In this document: one piece after another, positions 33,270-41,614 of the stretch
How the letters are laid out: every line of letters starts with the position of its first letter
How positions within the stretch are numbered: position 1 is the stretch's first letter
Position numbers and translations under genes: made by a program
Source: Alphaproteobacteria bacterium
GTDB lineage: Bacteria; Pseudomonadota; Alphaproteobacteria; SP197
DNA: 64,000 bases
Assembly (NCBI GenBank): GCA_964291265.2
Contig: OZ219747.1
Coordinates: 768,001 to 832,000, forward strand
Reading direction: 5' to 3'
Notes under the pieces: model-generated
What the model was told of the DNA's origin: nothing
Seen by the model: only the letters and a program-made list of their open reading frames with translations
The model's database searches: none

Positions 33270-34399
33270 CTTTGCGCGAACGCATTAGGCAGCATGCATC
33301 CGGAGAAGGCGCTGCGGACTTCCTGTACGGCAATTTCGGTATCCTCGCCAATCCCTTTCCCGCCTCTAACCAGACGTCCGCCAATCCACACTATCCCATT
33401 GATGCCGATGCCGAAGTGGAAGCCAGAATCATCACGTTTCTGCGTGACTGCAGATCGCAGGTTGTGGTCGTCGAAGGCACCCAAGGAGTCGGAAAGACGA
33501 ACTTTCTGAACCATATTGAGAGCGAAGTCCGTGGCGCCTTGAAGGACCTCGAAGGCCATTACATGATCCGTTACCTGGCGGACCCGGAGCCGGCGTTCGA
33601 CGGTACGACCCGTCGTCTGTTCGAAGAGCTGGGAACAGAGCATCTTGATCGATTGAGAGAGAGACTCAGGGCTGATGGCCAGCCTATCGGCCAGGCGCGC
33701 GGTCACGACATGCAAAGGGCTCTGCGTCGGCTTGTCAGGTCCGACAACAGGCAGGATCAACTTGACTTGATGATGGAGTGGCTGCTGGGTCTGCGGTTGC
33801 TCAAGGTGCATCGACAATGCCTCGGAGTACAATTCCGCCTCGACACCGTCGAGTCCAAGACCGCTGCCCTGAGGGATATGGTTCAGGTGAGTGCCGCCGC
33901 AGGGGTGTTGAACGGCGTGTTTCTGTTGCTGGATGAGCTGGAGAAACAAGAGGGAGTTCTCGGGCCGACCGCAGTCGTGCGTTACCTTTCGGCATTGCGG
34001 TCTGTTGTCGACGCATTGCCTGATCGCCTGTTCTTGATGATCGGTATCACCCCTGATGCACTGCTGCGTTACTCGGCCGCCTTGCCAGCGCTTCGCGGTC
34101 GCCTTCAGAACCAGATCAAACTGGATCCCCTCACTGACGTGGTCCATGCATTGAACCTCGCTCGCTTCTACCTCCATGCCGCTCGTCGCGTTGCACGGAG
34201 TCAACGTGACGATGATGGGGGTGATGAAGATGTCCTGGAGGAGACAAAGGTAAGGTGTTGTTTCGAGAAACTCCTGAAGCATGCTCAACGCGCCGGTCAT
34301 CGTGGAGTCACGCAACGTGTCTTTCTTCACGAACTTCATGACCAAGCGGAGAGGAGAATTCAGTCGATCAGGTTTGATCGATCCATGCGTCTCGATTGA
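33266..34399 (+). CDS. P-loop ATPase (AAA+/STAND-like), gene 3 of cassette
   Basis: NPFP pre-motif; Walker A GTQGVGKT; Walker B VFLLLDELE; ALRGRL (possible Arg finger); ATGA overlap with gene 2. Confidence 0.8.
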   Translation: MTLRERIRQHASGEGAADFLYGNFGILANPFPASNQTSANPHYPIDADAEVEARIITFLRDCRSQVVVVEGTQGVGKTNFLNHIESEVRGALKDLEGHYMIRYLADPEPAFDGTTRRLFEELGTEHLDRLRERLRADGQPIGQARGHDMQRALRRLVRSDNRQDQLDLMMEWLLGLRLLKVHRQCLGVQFRLDTVESKTAALRDMVQVSAAAGVLNGVFLLLDELEKQEGVLGPTAVVRYLSALRSVVDALPDRLFLMIGITPDALLRYSAALPALRGRLQNQIKLDPLTDVVHALNLARFYLHAARRVARSQRDDDGGDEDVLEETKVRCCFEKLLKHAQRAGHRGVTQRVFLHELHDQAERRIQSIRFDRSMRLD

Positions 34400-34549
34400 A
34401 ATGACTGGCAATCAGGAACATTTCTTGTCAGGTCTGTGGATTGCCGATGTGACAGGGACCGGGCATGCTTGAGGCGCACCGGGCTCACGAGGTGCCGGTT
34501 TCAGTGGCCACTGCTGATGCATCAGAGCTCGCGATACACGCTTTGGACG

Positions 34550-34570
34550 ATGGGCCGCTTCGCGGCCCAT
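34550..34570. terminator. Perfect 9-bp stem hairpin (possible terminator; no U-tract)
   Basis: ATGGGCCGC-TTC-GCGGCCCAT. Confidence 0.35.
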
Positions 34571-34995
34571 GGGCGTCTGTGGTCGGTCTCTGTGCTGAGA
34601 GATCAGCGTCCCTGATGATTCGATGATCTGAGCGAAGCTTCACACTTCATGGTTTCCCGACGGTTCGGCAGGACAATCAACCAGGGAGTGAGAGATGAAG
34701 ACAAGGGACGTTTCCCTCTGCGCCAGACCGCGTGAGAGACGGAGTGCCTCGCCGGAACCCGGTGCCGGTTGCAAACGGTGAACCGCGAGACCATCGACGC
34801 CCTGACCGGTCCTGAGACGCCACGAGCGTTTGGGACTTGCCGGAACGTTGCCAGGAATCGAGAACGAAGCCTCCGGGCCGGAAACGGTGCGGTGTCGGCT
34901 CGCGAACGGCCCCGAAGCCAGGGGAAGCCGGTCAGGATATACCGATTCAACCTTCAGCCTTGTCGAAGGATCAGACGCAGAATGGGAAAGTCCTG

Positions 34996-36125
34996 CGGCA
35001 AGGTGGCTGCCGGTTGACGAACGATTCACGCGAGACCGGGCACCAGATTCATGTAGACGACGCGCCACGTGGCCTCGTGGTCGGGTGTCGGCGTGTAGTG
35101 ATCGATGCGGGTGACGGAGAGGTTCTCGGAGGCGAACCTCAGCGATCCCTCGGGATCGAGTCCGAGAGCCAGGCCCAGGGCTGCGCGAATGGTGCCGCCG
35201 TGGGCGACTGCAATGATGTCCCTGCCGGCCCATTCCACGGTCAGCCGGTGGATCACCGGGGTCACGCGATCACAGAGGTCGGCGAAGCTCTCGCCATTGG
35301 GCGGCGTCGTGGTGGCCGGAGCAAGCCAGAAGCGATGGGCCGGCGCCGAGGCGCCGAGTTCGTCGTACCTCTTGCCGTGCCAGTCGCCGAAGTCCTGTTC
35401 ACCAAGATCGGTTTCAACCTCGGGGCTGATCGTCCTCCTGCCGGCCGCGGCGATGCTCCGGGCCGTCTGTCGGGTGCGCCGGAGATGGCTCGTCACCCAG
35501 CGCGCCTCCTGCGGCAGCAGGGCCGCGAGAGCAAGGAAGCTCTCGAGGTCGCCGGTATCCGCGTTGGGATCGGTGGCGCCGTAGATTCGCCCGTCCGTTT
35601 CGGTGACCGGCGCATGGCGCACCCACCACCAGCGTGTCGGGGTCATGTCATGGCCACGGCGCCGGCCAGGACGCCGATTTCCGAGGCCTGCTGGATGGCG
35701 CCCAGAACGTCGCCGGTCTTGCCCCCCAGGACCGTCATGGCCAGCCAGCCCACCACGCATGCAGCGATGCCGCCGCCGGCCAGGGCCGCGATCCACGCCC
35801 AGGGAAAGGGGAGCACGAGGGCAAGGGCGGCGCCGACGAGGAGAGCGATGAGGACCTGGTCGAACTCCGGCTGGCCCGCCCCGGCCGCCATTCCCTCCTT
35901 CCTGGCATCCGGCATCATGCGCATCGCCACCACCATGGAGACCCGCGAGAGGGCGGCGGCGGCGATCAGCGCCGCCAGGACGTCCATGGTGTTCTCGATG
36001 TCCGCCACGGCGGCGATGCGGGCGCCGATGGCGATGATGAGGGCCATGGCGCCGAAAGCGCCGATACGGCTGTCGCGCATGACGGCAAGCCGCCCCTCCC
36101 GGTCCCTGTGCGCGCCGAGGCCGTC
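34996..36125 (+). repeat. Repeat B', copy 2
   Basis: Begins with the last helicase codons (GKVAAG* vs GKVVAG*); ends at GGCCGTC inside intact cobS. Confidence 0.95.
35026..35646 (-). CDS. cobC: Histidine phosphatase (alpha-ribazole phosphatase CobC-like)
   Basis: RHAP / HGG motifs; coupled to cobS. Confidence 0.8.
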   Translation of the reverse strand: MTPTRWWWVRHAPVTETDGRIYGATDPNADTGDLESFLALAALLPQEARWVTSHLRRTRQTARSIAAAGRRTISPEVETDLGEQDFGDWHGKRYDELGASAPAHRFWLAPATTTPPNGESFADLCDRVTPVIHRLTVEWAGRDIIAVAHGGTIRAALGLALGLDPEGSLRFASENLSVTRIDHYTPTPDHEATWRVVYMNLVPGLA

Positions 36126-36404
36126 CGCCAGGTCCGCCAGGCCGTCTTCGTGGAGACCCCGGGTGAGAACCAGCATGGCGAGGACGCAGACGATCGCCGC
36201 CAGGACCGGTCCAAGGCCAAGCCAGATGGCGACGATGTAGAAGAGTGCCCCGACAAGGCCGATGGCCGCACCGACCACTGGAAACATCGCCACGCACCGG
36301 GCAAGCGATCGATCATCTCCGTTGCCTGCCGGAATCAGGGTCAGGAACTGCGTGGCAACGGCCAGGCTGGCGGCAAGCCCGGGTCTTTCCTGATGGTCCG
36401 GCAT
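35643..36404 (-). CDS. cobS: Adenosylcobinamide-GDP ribazoletransferase (cobalamin synthase)
   Basis: FLTLIP, LHEDGLADLADG, MRDSRIGAFG, GGKTGDVLGA. Confidence 0.95.
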   Translation of the reverse strand: MPDHQERPGLAASLAVATQFLTLIPAGNGDDRSLARCVAMFPVVGAAIGLVGALFYIVAIWLGLGPVLAAIVCVLAMLVLTRGLHEDGLADLADGLGAHRDREGRLAVMRDSRIGAFGAMALIIAIGARIAAVADIENTMDVLAALIAAAALSRVSMVVAMRMMPDARKEGMAAGAGQPEFDQVLIALLVGAALALVLPFPWAWIAALAGGGIAACVVGWLAMTVLGGKTGDVLGAIQQASEIGVLAGAVAMT

Positions 36405-36464
36405 GGCGCTGCTTATCCGATTGTTGGCCGACAAGGTCAAGGGTAAGTAGGATGCGAGCAGCCG

Positions 36465-37499
36465 ATGGCCTCCGGATCCACCATGATCTCCGCCCTTGCC
36501 GACATCCGGAACCTGTTGCAGGACCTCCCGCCCCCCGACGCAGGCGCCGCCGCCGGAGCAGCCGCGCGCAATGACAGGCTGACAAAGCCACCCGGATCAC
36601 TCGGCAGACTGGAGGAACTGGTCGTGTGGATGGCGTCCTGGCAGGGGCGTCATACGCCTCGGGCCAGCGATGTCGCCTGCATGGTGTTTGCCGGCAACCA
36701 TGGCGTGGCCGGAGAAGGCGTGTCCGCCTTTCCCGCCGCTGTCACGGAACAGATGGTCGCCAACTTCGCCGCCGGGGGGGCAGGCATCAACCAGCTGGCC
36801 CGACTGCTCGACGCCCGTCTCGAGGTGGTGTCGTTGTCGCTCGAGCGGCCCACCGGAGACATCTCGCGGGAACCGGCGATGACCGAGACCGAGACCTGCG
36901 ATGCCTTCAGGACGGGCTTCGAAACCGTGCAAGGGGCGGATATCGCGGTGATCGGCGACATGGGGATCGGCAACACGACCGTGGCGGCGGCTCTCGGCGC
37001 CGCCCTCTTCGGCGGCGGAGGCGCCGAATGGGCGGGTCCTGGAACCGGTCTCGACCAGGAGGGCGTCCACCACAAGGCCGCCGTGATCGACCGGGCGCTG
37101 GAACGTCATCGCCGGCACGCGGCAGACCCCCTCGAGACACTTGCGTCACTGGGCGGACGGGAGATTGCCGCCATGGCGGGCGCCGTCCTTGCCTGCCGGC
37201 TGAAGAGGACGCCGGTGATTCTCGACGGGTTCGTCAACTGTGCGGCGGCCAGCGTACTCCATTGCCTCGAGGCCCGGGCCCTCGATCACTGCATGGCCGG
37301 GCATGTCAGCGCCGAACCCGCGGCCAGGCGCCTTCTCGATCACCTCGAGAAGAGACCGCTGCTCGATCTCGGCATGCGTCTCGGCGAGGGATCCGGTGCT
37401 GCCTGCGCGGCTCTCGTGGTCAGGGCGGCCGTCACGCTCCACGGCGGCATGGCCACCTTCGACGAGGCCGGTGTCAGCGGCAGACGGGATCCTCCGTGA
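36465..37499 (+). CDS. cobT: Nicotinate-nucleotide-dimethylbenzimidazole phosphoribosyltransferase
   Basis: LTKPPGSLGRLEE, FAGNHG, GDMGIGNTT, GGREIAA, MRLGEGSGA. Confidence 0.96.
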   Translation: MASGSTMISALADIRNLLQDLPPPDAGAAAGAAARNDRLTKPPGSLGRLEELVVWMASWQGRHTPRASDVACMVFAGNHGVAGEGVSAFPAAVTEQMVANFAAGGAGINQLARLLDARLEVVSLSLERPTGDISREPAMTETETCDAFRTGFETVQGADIAVIGDMGIGNTTVAAALGAALFGGGGAEWAGPGTGLDQEGVHHKAAVIDRALERHRRHAADPLETLASLGGREIAAMAGAVLACRLKRTPVILDGFVNCAAASVLHCLEARALDHCMAGHVSAEPAARRLLDHLEKRPLLDLGMRLGEGSGAACAALVVRAAVTLHGGMATFDEAGVSGRRDPP

Positions 37500-37927
37500 C
37501 CGGCAACCGGCAGCCCGCCCTGGATCTGGCCCGCGGCATAGGCCGCATGTTCGCCGCCATGAACCAGGCGAGCGTGACGGAGTTCACGGTCAGGAACGGC
37601 AGGAGAGCCGATGTCCTGGCGCTTGACGGCAAGGGGCGCTTCACCGTCGTCGAGATCAAGACCTCCGTCGCGGACTTCCAGTCCGACGCCAAGTGGCCCG
37701 ACTACCTCGATTACTGCGACTTCTACTACTTCGGCGTGCCGGAGGATTTCCCGGCCCATGTCCTGCCGGAAGAGCACGGCCTCATCGTTGCCGACCGCTA
37801 CGGCGCCGCGATCCTGCGTCAGGCATCCGAATCGCCGCTCAACGCGGCGCGCCGCAAGGCCCAGACCCTGGCCTTCGCCATCCAGGCGGGACGACGGCTG
37901 CGCCAGCTGACCGATCCCGGGGTATAG
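37496..37927 (+). CDS. MmcB family DNA repair protein
   Basis: GRRADV, VEIKTSVADF, DAKWPDYLDYCDFYYF, LNAARRKA; GTG overlaps cobT stop. Confidence 0.88.
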   Translation: MTGNRQPALDLARGIGRMFAAMNQASVTEFTVRNGRRADVLALDGKGRFTVVEIKTSVADFQSDAKWPDYLDYCDFYYFGVPEDFPAHVLPEEHGLIVADRYGAAILRQASESPLNAARRKAQTLAFAIQAGRRLRQLTDPGV

Positions 37928-38344
37928 ATCCCGCCAGGGATGCCTGACCCGGAACTCACCGGGTCGCCCGCCCGAAACGACCCTTGCAGACGGCTCGTTG
38001 GCAGCTACTCGACTCCATGCAACGGGGTGCCGATGCCGGCATGGGGCGTGGACGTGATCGATGCAGCCGCGCGAATCATGCGACTCCATCGACCCAGCTC
38101 CCCCATGGCCGAAACATCGCGCGGTCCGCGAGGTCCTTCGCATACTCGGTCAGTGCATCGCACCGCTCATCAGCGTCAAGCCCTACCGGCATCATGATAT
38201 CCGCATGACAGGGATGATCGCGGGTCGGTGACGGCTCGACAGAACAGCCCACAGCCCTGATGTCGTCAGCGGACAGGCCACACAGGGGCCGTCCACAAGG
38301 GAAGGACGAGGCCGCTACGATACGCACAAAAAACACGAACAGCC

Positions 38345-38445
38345 GAAAAGGGACATCTGGCTCAAAGCCTCTGCGCAAGCATCCCTGGAAACGCATCTTC
38401 AACCGGTGACAGTCGCCAACGATCACCTCGTGACCGAACGCTTGC
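38345..38445 (-). repeat. ~100-bp repeat with IS66-like terminus, inverted partner of 41427-41525
   Basis: Reverse complement GCAAGCGTTCGGTCACGAGGTGAT...TCACCGGTTGAAGATGCGTTTCCAG...CCAGATGTCC aligns to 41427-41525. Confidence 0.8.
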
Positions 38446-38491
38446 ATGCATCCCCTGTGGCATTATCGAAAGACACGATGCGGCATCGTCG

Positions 38492-38920
38492 TCATCGTGT
38501 TGTGGCATAGTCGGTCAGCGTCATCACGGACTCGCCATGCTCGGTCGGGGCCAGGGTGTTCGCGAATCGAAGGTCCGCCGTCAGCATGACCGCGCCGATG
38601 CGATGCGCGAGCGCGAGATAGACACAGTCGTAGATCGGACGGTCGAGCGCCAGCGCCAGACGCAGCGCATCGGCGGAGACGGTCTCGTCGGCGCCCCAGT
38701 GCACGGGCATGTCCGGCACGTTGGCCAGCAGGACGCCCGCGGCGCGGCGTTCTATCTCGCCCGCCCGCGCCTTGCGCCACAGCGCACATGCGACTTCGGA
38801 GACCATCAGGCGCGGCGCGTGCAGCTCCTCGCCGCTCGTCGCCAGCTCCTGCGCAAGGTCAGCATCCTCTTCGACGACCAGCCACTTCATCGCCACGCTC
38901 GCATCGACGACGAAGCGCAT
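38492..38920 (-). CDS. VapC/FitB PIN-domain toxin
   Basis: VVDASVAMKW, E in LMVSEV, YDCVYLALA, LTAD. Confidence 0.92.
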   Translation of the reverse strand: MRFVVDASVAMKWLVVEEDADLAQELATSGEELHAPRLMVSEVACALWRKARAGEIERRAAGVLLANVPDMPVHWGADETVSADALRLALALDRPIYDCVYLALAHRIGAVMLTADLRFANTLAPTEHGESVMTLTDYATTR

Positions 38921-39180
38921 CAGCAGTCATCGCGGTGACCGTGGTTGCGGTCCTCGCGGATCAGCACTTCTGCCGGCGTGTGCTTGCGCCCTTCGGTCAG
39001 GGGACGCAGCCGTTTCATGGCCTCCCCGAACGCGGCGCGCTTCGCCGCCATGTCGTCGTCGGCGGCGCACTCCAGTACATGGCGCACCTCGCCCTCCAGG
39101 GAGCGGTTGTTCAGGGCGGCGCGCTGCTTGAGGCGATCCACCACATCGTCGTCGAGTTGTCTCACGTTGATCGTCGCCAT
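38920..39180 (-). CDS. FitA-like ribbon-helix-helix antitoxin
   Basis: MATINVRQLDD...LKQRAALNNRSLEGEVRHVL. Confidence 0.9.
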   Translation of the reverse strand: MATINVRQLDDDVVDRLKQRAALNNRSLEGEVRHVLECAADDDMAAKRAAFGEAMKRLRPLTEGRKHTPAEVLIREDRNHGHRDDC

Positions 39181-39197
39181 CGGTTTGTCTCCGAGCA

Positions 39198-39216
39198 TGC
39201 TATCATATTGATATCA
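39198..39216. promoter_or_regulatory. Putative FitA autorepression operator
   Basis: TGCTATCA-tat-TGATATCA inverted repeat; TGCTATCA is the known FitAB half-site. Confidence 0.6.
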
Positions 39217-39654
39217 CTTCGTCACGGCATGTGCAAGCCCCCTGGACGACCATCGGGGGACACTCGCGGCCACGCGGTGACAGGGCTAGGAGACCGTCCT
39301 GTTCTTCGTGTTGCGAGCGCATATCTGGCCGGTATGGACCACCCTGAATCCGCCCGTACCGTCGCCGCCCTGCCCCGGTCCCCGAGCCGGGGAGGATGCC
39401 CGCGATGGTCGTGGCATCAATCGGCAGGGTCGCCTCGTCGGCGCAGGGCGTGGGGTACTTCGAGCGCGATGACGACTACGCCAGGGATGACAGGACCCAC
39501 AAGGACGCGAGCGCCTGAACGGGCATGGGCGCTGAGTCGCTGGGGTCGTCGGGGCCGGTCGAACCCGCTGCGTTCCGCCGTGGCCTCGAAGGCGAGGACC
39601 TCGGCGGGCGCAAGGAACTCGACCAGACCGGCGTTTCGAAAGTGGGTGAGTCTC

Positions 39655-39819
39655 CAACTTGGTCCTGCTGTCGCCCCGTGTCCTTTCCGACAGGTCATCG
39701 GGCGTCAGCCCCTCGGCGGCGGCGACGCGTGTGCAGACTTCCGCGACCTGAAATTCGTTCCCGTCCGACAATGCCTTGAGGACGGAGAGCATCAGCGACT
39801 GGAAATCAGGGACGGGCAT
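39655..39819 (-). pseudogene. Mrr restriction endonuclease N-terminal fragment
   Basis: MPVPDFQSLMLSVLKALSDG...LTPDDLSER resembles Mrr_N; similarity lost after about 55 aa. Confidence 0.7.
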
Positions 39820-40138
39820 CGGCCGCCGCACCTGTTGTCGCCACCTGCCGCGGTGTCACGCACTTCGCGATCTCGCGGCCGGCCGTGATCTCCGCTTGGC
39901 GAAGCTCCCAAGTCTTCTGCAAGTTCATCCAGAGTTGCGGCGTCGTCCCGAAATAGCGCGCGAGCCGCAGCGCCGTGTCTGCGCTCACGCCCCGCTGACC
40001 GTTCAGGATCATCGTGACTCGGTTCACCGGCACGCCCAGCGCCTTCGACAGCGCATTGGCCGACAGCCGGAGCTCGTCAAGCTCGCTGCGCAGGATTTCG
40101 CCCGGATGCACCGGCCTCATACCGTTCCTTGCGTTCAT
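39806..40138 (-). CDS. higA: HigA family antitoxin
   Basis: MRPVHPGEIL, VPVNRV, TALRLARYFGTTPQLWMNLQ. Confidence 0.93.
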   Translation of the reverse strand: MNARNGMRPVHPGEILRSELDELRLSANALSKALGVPVNRVTMILNGQRGVSADTALRLARYFGTTPQLWMNLQKTWELRQAEITAGREIAKCVTPRQVATTGAAADARP

Positions 40139-40149
40139 GTCACATTCCT

Positions 40150-40428
40150 TCAGTGATAATCCACGATCTCCACATCTTCCGGCCCGTCGTCCGTCCAGCG
40201 AAAGCAGACGCGCCATTGCGCGTTGATCCGAATGCTGTACTGCCCGGCGCGGTCGCCCCGCAGCGTTTCCAGCCGGTTGCTCGGCAACGCGGCAAGGTCT
40301 CCGAGCGTATCCGCGCTGTCCAGCAGGATCAGTCGACGCACTGCCTGACTGGCGAAGCCTTGAAACACCGCGACGCGTCGCCCCTCGAAGAAGCGCCGCG
40401 TCTCCCGATCCTTGAAGCTCCATATCAT
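40150..40428 (-). CDS. higB: HigB (RelE-like) toxin
   Basis: MIWSFKD, PSNRLETLRGDRAGQYSIRINAQWRVCF, EIVDYH. Confidence 0.93.
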   Translation of the reverse strand: MIWSFKDRETRRFFEGRRVAVFQGFASQAVRRLILLDSADTLGDLAALPSNRLETLRGDRAGQYSIRINAQWRVCFRWTDDGPEDVEIVDYH

Positions 40429-40449
40429 GCGCGCCGATCTTAACTCATC

Positions 40450-40464
40450 TTACGCTTTCCGTAA
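40450..40464. promoter_or_regulatory. Putative higBA operator palindrome
   Basis: TTACG-CTTTC-CGTAA just upstream of higB. Confidence 0.5.
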
Positions 40465-40879
40465 ATAACGCTGCGGACCAACTCATGCTCGCGCTCTTGC
40501 CGGCGTGGCGTGGCGTCCGGCGTCTGTGCCCTCCGACGGCGCGGACCGAGCGAATGACGCTGCCGATGAACGGGACTTCGCGCATTGATTTCCTACCCCT
40601 TGCTTCACTATAGCGCGCCTCGGAAGCCGCGCGGCGGTTCGCAGGACTGTCTCCGCAAGTGCGCGGCAAGGCGCTGTCGCTCAAGCGCCGCTCGCCGCTC
40701 GGGCTGAATGCCGATGACGCAACGGCTTGCAGCGCCCCGACGGATTGAGCAGTCAGGAGGCGCAATTGGAACGCCTTTCGGCGCGGTGGTTCTCACATCC
40801 GTACCTTGATGCAAGCGTTGCCATGGCTGCCAATGCCGCGGGCGAGCGCAGGGCTGTCGGCTCTTGCCGCACCGGGAAC

Positions 40880-41400
40880 CTGCCTGCCCGACTCTGGCGG
40901 AGGTGCTGGACGGGGCGTCCTTCACCCTGGTGGCGGACGCCGGGGAGGACGGGATGTTCGTGCCTCCGCTTGCGGTGTGGGGCCGGGGCGAGTGGTTGTC
41001 GCCGCCGGGCTCGGAGGACGGCGTCTCGTGGGACGGCGGTCTGTGGTCGGCGCCGCTGGGGGCGGATGTGCGCCTGCTGGCGGGTGCGGGACTCTCTCAT
41101 GTGCGGGGCAAGCTGAACACACGGACGACCGGCGCCGACGGTCAGGTGAAGGATGTCCACGAGACGACGCTCACCTCGCTCAATCCCTATGCGGCATGGC
41201 TGCTGCCGGATGTTGATGGCTCGACCCTGTGAACGAGCGTCGGCCAAGGCTGGGGCGCGGTCCGGATCGCCGAGGAGGGTGCGCGCCGGTGCACAGCACG
41301 GACCTGACGCAGTTGAGCGCGTCTGCGGGCCGCTCGCAGCGTTGTCATCGAGGATGCGGACCTCATCGAGGGCTCGGCGGCGCGTCTGCGCACGGAGGCC
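40880..41400 (+). pseudogene. Autotransporter beta-domain remnant
   Basis: TLAEVLDGASF, VWGRGEW, VSWDGGLWSAPLGADV, LLAGAGLS, LTSLNPYAAW; internal stop and frameshifts. Confidence 0.55.
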
Positions 41401-41426
41401 GATGACGGCCTGATGGGACTGACGGT

Positions 41427-41525
41427 GCAAGCGTTCGCTCACGCGGTGATTGCTGGTGATGTTCACCGGTTGAGGATGCGTTTCCAGTCCTTGCGAAGAG
41501 GCCTCGCCCAGATGTCCGTTTTACC
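41427..41525 (+). repeat. ~100-bp repeat with IS66-like terminus
   Basis: Inverted partner of 38345-38445; terminus also matches 821-836. Confidence 0.8.
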
Positions 41526-41614
41526 GGGTCCCGAACTGATCCAGGGTGACCGGCGTCTCCCGTGGAAGTCGGGTTTGACAGGGTTCGGCAACATGCGGTA
41601 ACGCATCGAAGGGC

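Noticed and set aside
36405-36464. Cobalamin riboswitch at the cob genes
   Set aside because: Intergenic gap too short; no B12-box seen
37930-38345. Possible gene fragment (…PSPTRDHPCHADI…) next to the IS66-like repeat
   Set aside because: Family not identifiable; the ORF start comes from the repeat
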